DNA of 63,783 bases, the filler included, from Intoshia linei (Eukaryota; Animalia; Orthonectida), in assembly GCA_001642005.1 (NCBI GenBank). It is 6 parts of 6 records of this genome, joined end to end, with 100 filler letters (N's around TTAATTAATTAA, not from the genome) between each part and the next. Parts side by side here need not be neighbours in the genome. Positions count along the whole stretch, not along the records: positions 33,362 to 55,846 come from LWCA01000610.1; positions 55,947 to 60,546 come from LWCA01001910.1; positions 60,647 to 62,223 come from LWCA01002567.1; positions 62,324 to 63,783 come from LWCA01002604.1; 2 more parts are not named here. The stretch is one strand, 5' to 3'. The position numbers were made by a program, and so were the translations under genes. Positions 53,380 through 63,783 of the stretch are shown in pieces; within the stretch, counting starts at the first letter, position 1, and every line of letters starts with the position of its first letter. Under the pieces are notes generated by a model. It was not told where the DNA came from and made no database searches. It saw nothing but the letters and a program-made list of their open reading frames with translations.

Positions 53380-53645
53380 TCAATCCAATTTGGTGCGATT
53401 TTTAGGTACTTCTTCGTCCAATTCTTCGACAAAATCTGCAACTCTATAAAAATAATTAGTTTACAAAAATTAAAACTAATTACTTGTCAAGTATCATAGA
53501 CGAAGAAGGAATATTGTCTTTTACCCAATTCAAATTTTCGTCTTTTGGCTAAAATAATATTATCACTTTTTTGGTATACTCTCACCTTTTCTTTGAGGTT
53601 AATAGATTCTGTGTTTTTTTTGTAATCAGTAAGTCTATTAAACAT
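53380..53645 (-). CDS. Small 62-aa protein of unknown function, three exons
   Basis: Exons 53645-53586, 53548-53484, 53443-53380 with GT-AG introns of 37 and 40 nt, phase-consistent: MFNRLTDYKKNTESINLKEKPKDENLNWVKDNIPSSSMILDKVADFVEELDEEVPKNRTKLD*. Confidence 0.6.
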
Positions 53646-53744
53646 GGTGTCTACATATTTAATAATAATTAACCATAATTAAAAATTATTATTTTTAATT
53701 TATTTAAAAAAGTGATTTGTTAAAAACATTTATGTATGAAAAAG

Positions 53745-53950
53745 TGTTTGGCCTATTCATCCGTACCTCCAAGCATTTCAAGTGAGGATGAAAAATATTT
53801 ATAAAAATGCACATTTTATACATTTTTATACACATCAGTTAAATTTAGTATTCAAACAGTCAAAAAAGTATGGGTATATTTTCACACGGTTTCATCTATT
53901 CCAGCGTTTTTTCCAAGTTTCACAGCGAACTTATGAATTGGAAAAGGTTA
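53745..53950 (+). pseudogene. Decayed hAT (ZMYM1-like) transposase fragment
   Basis: KNAHFIHFYTHQLNLVFKQ resembles the HCxAHxLNL motif. Confidence 0.55.
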
Positions 53951-54639
53951 ATACAGTCCGACCCCGGTTGGGGCGAACATCGGCAGTGAACATAGATCTC
54001 GTTTTGGGGCATTTCATTTTTTAACAAAAATTAGATTTTGACACAAAAAAGAAATTAAAAGACCTTAAGATAAAAAGTTATCTGAACGAAAATTGTGTGT
54101 AATGTATGCAACAAGTAAAGGAAAAATATGTCGAATAAAAAAGGAAATTGTACCACTATAGAGTAATCAAGTGATGAATGTTAATTTTGATATAGTAATA
54201 CCGTCAAAAAGTGGTCATAATTCTTTTGAAGGTAATTTGAGATTTTTTTACCAAATTGTATTAAGAAATTTTATTAATTTAGAAAAAAAAAACTAAGATA
54301 ACCGATTATTTTAATCACATTTGTTTAAATCAGATATTATGTATACTAAGGCAGTGGTTCCCAAAAAAATATATTGTCGACCCCTCCCCCCTCCCCTAGT
54401 ACTAGTACCCTCGGTTAAGAAACCCTGCACTAAGATTTTATTTTCCTATCTCTACATTTCTGCATTTCTCAAATTTTCAATTTTATTTATACATTTTTCA
54501 ATACTATAAAAGTCTATTTTTTAAATAAATGCATTCTTTTTTTGTTGTACATCATCTACGAATCAATATTAACTTTATTAATTTGATAAATACTATCAGT
54601 GTTCAATTAATTTAATAGATAACAGAATTTTATCATTAC

Positions 54640-55530
54640 CCTCAGTTTTTGGAGCACTTTTCCAAAAAGATGCTCCAAAATAAAGTTATACTATAGTAAA
54701 ATTCCAAGGCCGTCTGCTACGAGATGGGATTTTAAATCAAGAACTATCAACAGTGTATATGAAAACAAGGAACAGATAATTAATGTATTTGCTGTAAAAA
54801 TTTAGAGGATTCTAAATCCCCAGAGACTTAGAATTAGGATTTAGAGGGCAGTGGTGCCATTCATCTTACAGAATAAAAATTCTTATTCTGGCTATCACTA
54901 TTCTACAAAATAATGTTCCATCTTCAAGTTCTTTTTGCTCAATTTCAAAAAAAAAATGAACTCAAATAAGGATCATACAAATATAAATGAATTTTCTTCA
55001 AGCATTCAAGAAATACAGACTGGAATTGATAAAATGTCAAAACTATCAGAAACTGCTCGTAGACGTCCTACAGAAAGTGTGTATGACTGCTATTTCTGTA
55101 TGCTGAAGAAAAGGAAAAAACAGCTAAATATTTTGGACCTTTACTCGTATCCGAACAATAATAGTTCAAGTCATTAGTTCCATCAAATTGATTTGTAATG
55201 CCATCAAACCAAACTCCTAACCCAGAAAAAATAATTTCAAATGATACTAAAGAATTTATCATAACATCTTTAAATGGGGCCTTATAAAAAATCGGATCAT
55301 ATTCAAAATCAGATTGTTGGGCTTCCATATAAACGGATAAACTCACTAGGTTATACACATCTAAAGGTTAAAAATTTTAATCATATTGTTACAATTTAAA
55401 ATGTTAAACACAGCGAAAAATACGTTACTAATTTAACATACTAATTCAGAATACAAATAAATAGTGATTACCATACTGACAGGTAGTCAATTGTGTAATA
55501 CCAAATATCCTTGATATTCGTTATAATTCA
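54640..55530 (-). pseudogene. Exon-like sequence with stops and frameshifts, product unrecognised
   Basis: Splice-bounded open stretch from about 55360 (DVYNLVSL...YYCSD) continuing in shifted frames with stops. Confidence 0.25.
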
Positions 55531-55627
55531 ATTTATGGGCAGAATGCAGTAATTAATGGATAAACATCATTCAATTAATCATTTTTCAATTTATTAAAAA
55601 TTATTAACACCGTCTGCACATAAAAAC

Positions 55628-55846
55628 ATGTCTAAATACAATAAACAAGCTGTGGATAAGAAAGTTAAGACCATCGATGTAATTAAAGACGAATTAGTCA
55701 CACTAATGAATTTTACGTGTGTCACCGATAAAGAGAAATGGCTAATCCTCCGAGACGAGCTTGAAAAGGACGAATTCTCGAATTTATTAAAAGAGAAAGC
55801 AAAATCTCCCGATATGAGCCCGGTAGAAGCCTACAAAAGTTGTCAT
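55628..55846 (+). CDS. ORF truncated by gap, unknown, possibly TE-derived
   Basis: ATG-initiated 73-codon open frame running into Ns; no motif recognised. Confidence 0.25.
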
Positions 55847-55987
55847 NNNNNNNNNNNNNNNNNNNNNNNNNNNNNNNNNNNNNNNNNNNNTTAATTAATT
55901 AANNNNNNNNNNNNNNNNNNNNNNNNNNNNNNNNNNNNNNNNNNNNTATAATCCTTTATGCTGCAGGGATCCGAATCAAAGGACAAA

Positions 55988-56400
55988 TTACATAATACAT
56001 AGTACCTTTTCTATGCTAAATGAAGATTCTTGAGCCATTTCTATTACATCTAACAGAGATAAATATGTACATATTTGAATCAAAGCATTGTCTAATCCAA
56101 GTTGGTTAACAGCCGCTTTAGCTCGATTTGTTATTAAATCATTAAATAAGACCTTAATTTTAGGGTTGTTTAGTTTATAGAGTGGAATATCCGCAGATAT
56201 AAATGCCTCCAAAATTTGGTCAGTAAAATCATAAGACATTTTTAAAAATTTAGGTAGAGGAGGAGTATCGTTTGACAATCAGTGTTTTTTTGTGAACTTT
56301 AATAAAGTGTATTTTTTCATAGGAAACAGTGCAATTGCAATTTATACAACTAAGTGAATTATCAGTTCTCTTGAATTCATTAGGATACATTCATTATGTT
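55988..56400 (-). pseudogene. Decayed CGGBP1-like / hAT-derived fragment (zinc finger plus Hermes-type DBD)
   Basis: YPNEF..LSCINCNCTVSY..H in one frame and EAFISADIPLYKLNNPKIK in another. Confidence 0.6.
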
Positions 56401-58277
56401 GTTAATTTTGAAATGAGGAAATTTTGTAGATTTTGGGATGCTAAATGAATGTTACATCATTTTGTGATGATCAAAATTTTTCCTGTAAAAGTGAAACTTT
56501 TAGCATGAAATAGAAGTGTTTATTTTCAATTTCAAAAAAATGACTTTATTAACTTTATAAAATTTTAATTAGCTAATTAATAAACATAATATTGGTATGA
56601 TCATGCTTAGAATTGCATGCTAATTAACATAAAAAATTAACTTTTACTTGCCCTAGTCATGAACTATAAATAAAAATGATCCAACAATTGATATGTATTA
56701 ACTTTTATAAAATAATTTTTCCACAAATCCAGTTTAACTTTGCAAATCATTGTTGGTGAAGCTTTTGTGTGTTTTGGTCGCATTATCGACCCAAATATGA
56801 CACGTTTGTAAAGATAAACATATATTTTAGATATCAAATATACTTCCTAATAAATTTTGCGATAATCGTATCTCGGCATATTTTAAAATTGACGACTGTA
56901 ATCTTATTGAAAAAATAAAAGTTACAATAAAAATGTGTATTGAAGAAAATTTATTTCAATAAACATTTTAATTGACATTTATTTATCAAAAATTTGTGCT
57001 CGATTTTCAAATATGTACTTGATATACCGGTCAACTACAAATCGTCTCAGAAATTATAATTTCATGTAAAACAAGGCTTCCAAAATATACGTACATAATA
57101 TTTATGTCTCATAATTCTAATTTTTCTTAATATTTTGGTTGGTGGTAACCTTTTAGGAATGGATCTAATTTTATTATTAATTTAAAATTTCAGTAAACAT
57201 ATATTAATCTAACAAAAAATAATCCATATACTATCAGACTCGTTAATAATAAATCTTAAAATTCAGATTTTTGACAGATTCACTATTAAAAATTTCAGTG
57301 ATTTAATGAACATTTTAAGAAATTTCTGAATAATAAAGTTAATTTTATCTTATTAAATCAATTGGTATAATAGTAACCATAAAAATCGTTACACCCACAA
57401 TATATATTTTTTTAAAGATTTTTAAGACCCTTCAAATGTTAAAAATATTCCCTTAAAAACCCTACAAAATTTTGGACCTAAGATTATCTACAAAATATTT
57501 AAAAATTGGATGAAAAAGTTTTCCCTTAAAGAAACCTTCAAAAAATTAATAGTATCAAAATTAAAAACCATTTTTTCTAAATTCATTATAATGAATTTGA
57601 ATAAAATAATGAACTTTTATAATATTAACCAAGGCATAGTCACAATTTTACAAAAAAATTATTCATTATGGACGAGTTTCACTGTCTTAAAATTTTCGAG
57701 GAAAATTTTTGTAAGAGCTGACGTAAATCAAATTACAATAAAAAAGTAAGCTCTTTTATTGATTCTAAATCAGTTTCCCAATCGTTAAAATGTGGTGAGT
57801 TAAATTAGATTTTAGATTGGTTTTGAACGATTGGGAAATCGCTATTTTTTTAATTATTAGAAACAAATTGGATTATAGTAGTGTTTCCCAAATGCCGTCC
57901 GCGGACCAGTACTCGTCCGTGAATATTTTTTACTAAGAAGTCAATTTATTACGTTTTTTATCAAATTTTATTTAATGTTGTCTAGTAATTTTGCTTTAAT
58001 GATCCAAGATAATTTTATAATTTATTACCGGTCCGCCGTGAAAAAAGTGTGGGAACCTTTGCATTAAAGGAATGTCGATAAAAAATAATTACCAATTTTT
58101 ATACATTTCCGGCGGTAGTGAAACACGTTTCTTTGCTTTTTAAAATAGATTCTTTATTTGAATTTAATATCTTCCTTATTGCATATATCAGTTATATGTA
58201 TTCTATAATCTGAAGTTTATTAATGAACTAACTCGTTAATTTTATAAAAAATATAAAATGTATTAACAAATTAAAAA

Positions 58278-59020
58278 CTACACAATACGACAACGAGAAA
58301 ATAATCTAATAAATATAATCATAAAGAAAAAAATAATTAGACAAATTCCAAATAGAATATATGTCCAAATATTTATAGATTCTCGAACTTTCTTTTCCAA
58401 ATTTTTGTTAAGTTTAGCAAGTTCCAATTCATTTGAATTGCAAATGTTGATAGAATTTTGAATTTTCTAAATCTTATATCATATACCAGTTATAAGTAAA
58501 ATTTACAAAACTTATTCATGAATTAAAAAAATCATGATTTTTTACTGCTCAACTATAAATATTTCCTGGATTATCTATCTTATCAGTAACTTATCAGGAC
58601 GTAAAGATCCATAATTAACATAAAATAAAATTTTATCAATTTTTAAAGGTTTCATTAAATCATTAAAGATTGACATTATCTATAAAAATATTACATCACT
58701 ATCAGTTCCAATAATTTCGTTGGTGGTAACAGCATTTCCCTTGATATTCCTGACTATAGAAATCATATTTTCACTCAAATCATTAGATTCATTTTTCGAT
58801 AAATGTAAATAATTTTTATTTTTTTTGTTTGAAGGTTTATCTAAGTTAAATTTATAATTTTAATTTAAATGTATCGTAATACTATATTTTTTGTATTTAG
58901 ATCCAATATTATTTTCATCATACTAAATTAAATTTTAAAAACAAAAAAATGTATACCTCTCTTAATTTATTCTTAAATCGACTCACTTGAGCTAAATATT
59001 CACACAATTCCTTTTTATTT
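58278..59020 (-). CDS. USE1: Vesicle transport protein USE1 (ER SNARE, tail-anchored); upstream exon(s) uncertain, candidate about 59744-59602
   Basis: Exons 59020-58957, 58922-58883, 58840-58695, 58466-58278, phase-consistent. ELCEYLAQVSRFK, DLSENMISIVRNIKGNAVTTNEIIGTDSDKIQNS..NELELAKLNKNLEK..SINIWTYILFGICLIIFFFMIIFIRLF matches the USE1 SNARE and TM region. Missed by the ORF track. Confidence 0.8.
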
Positions 59021-59190
59021 CTAAATCATTTTTAAAAAATGTATTATACGAGACTTGTGAGTCACAAGTTGTGACAAGAGTCATATTTATTTAAATTATT
59101 AATTTTACATTGGCGTGATATACAAATGAATCATTTGAAATGACCCACAAAATATTCTTACATTGATTATTAAAGAGTAAAAAGTTAATT

Positions 59191-59580
59191 TACGTTATTT
59201 TGGTAGTAAATACTTTATTTTAGTAAATTACAAACAAATTGTACTTTATTTTTAGTAATACGTACTTTATTATAAAAGTGAAAAATTTTACCTATGAATT
59301 CAGGTGAAGATAAAAAAAAGAGAGTAAGAATATGTTGGATTTCGATGTCGCATGAGGAGTTTGATGAAATTAATCTTTCTCAATATAAAAAAGTTGATTT
59401 GCAAAAACATCAAAAATTTATCTGCAATAATGAAAAAATTTGTGGATGTTTTTTGAGGAAGGACATTTTAAAAACAGAAGTTATTAATTATTAGAAGAAC
59501 AAGATTGAAGTTTGTATTTTTAAAAATATCCAGAACAAATTTTAAAAATAAAGTATTTACTACCAAAACTATTTAACGTA
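59191..59580. mobile_element. MITE-like element with terminal inverted repeats
   Basis: TACGTTA..TTTTGGTAGTAAATACTTTATTTT at the left end and its reverse complement at the right end. Confidence 0.6.
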
Positions 59581-61499
59581 TGAACTACTAAAATAATGTT
59601 ACATTATCAGGTAGCCATTATTAAATCCACATTTAGCAAAAAATAAAAATGATATTAACATGTAAATGAATTTTTTAAATATTGCCATTTTATGAATCTT
59701 ATCTAATCGCGACCGGTATTTATTTACAACATTTATCAACGGTTCTAGATAACAATCAGTAATAAAATGTAGTGCAGTGGTTCCAAACTTTTTCAACACG
59801 GACCACTTAAACCAGTGTTCCACAGAATAATTTTGGTGGCCCGTTGAGTAAATATGTAAATTATTTATTTTTCGAATTTTAAACATTTTCTATTATAATT
59901 GGATTATTATAATCATTTTAATATTGAATTTTTAGATCATCCTGGATTTTATTTTGTTGAATATACTATTAGGTCATTCACAAAGTAATGTCGTTTTTAT
60001 AACTATAATTAAAACTTGTATAACACTGTCCAACAAAATTTCGACAAACTGACCGAAACTTTTGTTATATGTAAGTGAACCAGTATACATCTATTTTTAA
60101 AAAAAATTTATTAATTTCAAGATCGACTTTGGATTTAATTAAGAGTCAAAGTTTTTTTTTAAAGAGGTACACTCTACCGTGACGTCTATTTATAATTAAT
60201 ATTGTATATTACAAATGATAAAATTGACAGATAGACATGCACGTCTACATATGTATAAAAAAATTGTCATTAATTATTTAATTAACTCTAATTTTAAGAC
60301 ATCGACAAAAAATATGAAATAAAAATTTTCTGGATGTACTACTTACATTACACGTAAAATCAACTTTTTCGGGTTACCCCTAAACGAATCTTGTTCAATA
60401 TCAAGGATGTAAATGATAGACGTAAATTTCAAAAATTAACATATAAGAAGGTATCAATTAAAATTATTTAATAAAAAAAGTAATAATTAGATAAATTTAT
60501 TTTTTATTGAACACCACCAAACAAAATCACAAATCATATTTAATGANNNNNNNNNNNNNNNNNNNNNNNNNNNNNNNNNNNNNNNNNNNNTTAATTAATT
60601 AANNNNNNNNNNNNNNNNNNNNNNNNNNNNNNNNNNNNNNNNNNNNAAAATCTAATAATAATAAGAATGAATCTATATAGGTCAAATGTTAAGTGAAATT
60701 AGTTTCATTATTACAAGCTAAAAATTGTAAATGTTAACTACGAAAATAAATTAATTACAATAGTCCTTTTATCTCAAGTTCTACTTTTGATCATATCAAT
60801 ACAATTGTGTTTTCATTGCAATGTAATTATAATTATTTAAGTTGTGCCGTTTTTACCTATATTCTTTTGAACACATTTTGCAACTATTTTTGTCAAAAAA
60901 TCGAAAATAACCCGTATCTGGTATTTAACGAACGCGTAAATTCAATATTATTTTATTTTTTTAAATATTGTTATGGCCTTAATTTAAATATTAGATCGAC
61001 TCTTTTATGAAGTCATGGAATCTTTATATACATGTATAATCAAAAATTTAATTATTTGTTCATATTAAATATAATTTTGATAAATTTAAGACATGTGTGC
61101 AGCAGCATATTTCTAATATTTTCGTTAAATTCATTTAACGAATATGCCATTTTAACGTTTTTCTATTTTCGTTAAATGAGATTTTGACTGTAGTACGTAT
61201 TTTTCTGGTCACTTTCAGAAAATAAGTACTCGTGAATGTAAAAAATATAATAATTATTTATTTAATTAAGCTAAAATACAATTAAAATTTACATTATTTA
61301 AAGATTCTTGAGTTATTGAGTGATAATTAGTATCTCTATAACTTTAGCAAAATGGTATGTATCGAGATACTACATCTCCCTTTTTAAGATGTTGTAATAT
61401 TGTTAGCATCTAGTATACTTTTGATTTCATTCATTACAAAATGTTGACCAAAAGTTTCGTTGGCATTTTATATTACATTCAATAATAGAGGATTAAAAT

Positions 61500-62220
61500 T
61501 ATTTAACTCATTAACTTTGCTTATATTCAAAATATAGCGTTCTATTTTTTCTGCGTCTTGATGACGGTACGGTGTAGATATTTATTTGTTAATGTTAAGT
61601 GTTTTACAAAGTTCGTCTAATAATGTACATTCAAATTCTCGGCCCATATCCGTTTGAATCGTTTCGGGAGCCCCATATCGACATATTAAATTTGTATAAA
61701 TTGCTCGAGATACTATTTCTGATGTTCTATTTGGTATTGGAATATATTCAGTCAAACCAGAATAATGGTCCATCATATTCGATAAGTAAACGTTACCATT
61801 TTCATTTTCAGGTCCCATTATGTCTATGGTGATTACGGACTTTTGATATATTACATTTTTCACAATTTTCTACAAATGTTTCTATATCTTTATGCATTCC
61901 AACCCAAAAATAGCGACTTCTGATAATCTGAAGCATCTTGATTTTTCCAGGGTGTACATAAAGTTTTGACTTATGAAAGTAGCATAATATATCATTTTAT
62001 ATGGAATTGGGAACAATTGGAACAATGGTTTTATTTCGATAATGTAGTAATCCTTTTACAATTTCCAATCCATCTTGATTAAAATTGTATGGGTTTCCTT
62101 TCGGTATTTTTAAATTGTTATTAATTGAATTCACAGCATTTTTAACATCTCTATCTTTTAATTGTATACTTTTTAAGTTAAAAGGATCATTATTCAGTGA
62201 TATACTATTTGTATTTCGTG
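61500..62220 (-). mobile_element. Decayed Ty3/gypsy integrase fragment
   Basis: HHCC region HPGKIKM..RYFWVGMHKDIETFVENCE, then rve core IDIMGP..MDHYS..ICRYGAPETIQTDMGREF..*.STPYRHQ..IER, with a frameshift and stop. Confidence 0.88.
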
Positions 62221-63414
62221 ATANNNNNNNNNNNNNNNNNNNNNNNNNNNNNNNNNNNNNNNNNNNNTTAATTAATTAANNNNNNNNNNNNNNNNNNNNN
62301 NNNNNNNNNNNNNNNNNNNNNNNAAAAATACAATTTTCCATGCATCACTCTTGAAAAACTATATTACCAATTGGGGTTTTTTTAAATAAACGTTAAAACA
62401 CGCACATAAATTTTTATATAAGTTAGTGCGACCAGAAGTACCACTTTTTAGAAAAGTACGACTTTTGGCACTGTTCCAAAGTTGTACTTTCGACGTACTT
62501 TTCAAAACTAAATAAACTTATATATTGAAATTTAACTTGAATGTTCATTTTTCTATTGAAAAATTAATCAAAAATATATTTTGTTTCTAACCAATAAAAG
62601 TACTACTTTTAGTACGACAAAAATATGGTCAGCCTATATAAGTAAAGGATGTAATGTATATAATTTTTTTGGGTCCACAGGTTTTTTCAATACCATCGTA
62701 GGGTCCTAAGTGAAAAAGTGTTGACAATGTCTGCTTTATAGGATTATTTTAATTTTTTAAAAAAAGGGGAATCTGGAGTTTTCGTTGTGAAAAAATACTT
62801 TTGTGAGTATGCCATTTAATATAATGCTAATAATTTTAAAAACTATATCAGAAATTGTTTTATTTTATTACATGTTACATTTTTAAAAAATAGGGTAATT
62901 TGTGGTTTTGACCGTGAAGGTGTGCGTTTCTGAGGCTGAGATTTATGAAAATAATTTTAAGACGCGTCCCAGAATATATTTTTGATTAACATTTTGGGCT
63001 GATTTTATTTTTAAGCAAAAGGGAAAATTGGGTTTTTGATCCTGAAGGACTCAAATTCTAAAACTGAAAAATAAATATAAACACGTCTTGGGAAAAACTG
63101 TATAAGAAACTAGGTTTTGTTAAATTTTACGTCTGTCAATTTTTTAATTAAACTGTAACAAACACAGACATTCAATTTTAAATATAAGAATTATAATTAG
63201 TTAAATGAATAAGAATATTGACATTTCAATTTCATTTCAACAATTACATATCTTGTAGATTGAGTATTTCGGATTTGTTTCAATTTGTTATTTTCGGCTG
63301 AAATTGAAGATATATTTTTCTTCATTTCTTCAATTTGATCTTTAATAATATTTAATTTCTCCAGTGTCTATTATTAAAATAATTATTAAATAAAAACAAA
63401 TAAAATTTGATTAT

Positions 63415-63783
63415 AAGAATTTGAGATTAAAAAATTGCGAAGGAATGAATTATATAGATTTTCACCCATATTTCTTTATTGGAAATGTGTAGAGGTTCAA
63501 TACACAATTTTTTTGAAATTGTAGGATCAATATTTACATTTTCAATTTTTGGTTTCAATCGAAATATTTGAAAAATATTGGTTGATAATATATTAAAAAT
63601 TATTTTTCACCCGGGAATGCGTAGATGTCTTGGGTAAAATTTTGTATTTATATCAACTGAAATAAGCTCTATCAAAAAAATATATGACTACTAAAATGAT
63701 TTTTTGATCGTGAAAGTGTCACTTATTCGGATTGAAATTTTTTGTGTCTGTTAACAGGATACAACTGTACCACCTGTAAATTT
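63415..63783 (-). mobile_element. Helitron internal fragment running off window end
   Basis: Reverse complement of about 41670-42120. Confidence 0.78.

Noticed and set aside
56970-57170. Exon-like frames on the minus strand (SIPKRLPPTKILRKIR; RFVVDRYIKYIFENR)
   Set aside because: Could not assemble a phase-consistent gene or recognise a family.
1-63783. tRNA, rRNA, snRNA genes, CRISPR arrays, alternative genetic code, U12 introns
   Set aside because: None recognised. Reconstructed genes use standard stops and GT-AG introns.

Overview
AT-rich animal genomic scaffold with standard genetic code, GT-AG introns and many mini-introns of about 34-47 nt. Five 100-bp scaffold gaps carry a TTAATTAATTAA linker. 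The compact style suggests a reduced invertebrate genome, possibly an orthonectid, but this is inference only. Genes reconstructed by hand across introns: SAM synthetase (MAT, 3' end not found in window), RPS2, intronless SNAPC4-like Myb protein, a classical calpain (CysPc-CBSW-PEF) with a dead catalytic site, SMC2, NUDT2 (Ap4A hydrolase), ANP32, UNC79, a 62-aa orphan gene and USE1 (ER SNARE). Introns and intergenic DNA hold a 1.38-kb non-autonomous Helitron family, hAT and pogo-like MITEs, a foldback element with minisatellite arms, and decayed hAT, CGGBP-like and gypsy fragments. Most notable: (1) a ~200-bp duplication that separated the nearly abutting 3' ends of calpain and SMC2, each copy retaining a different gene's end; (2) a pseudo-protease calpain (Cys>Tyr, His>Ile, Gln>Leu); (3) GC-rich structured RNA candidates in RPS2 and UNC79 introns; (4) NUDT2 and SMC2 only 42 bp apart, with an E2F-type site in the spacer; (5) an ANP32 tail with repeated helix+acidic-aromatic modules; (6) no METTL16-type motif at the MAT intron-2 acceptor. 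No single clearly novel multi-gene system can be established from sequence alone.
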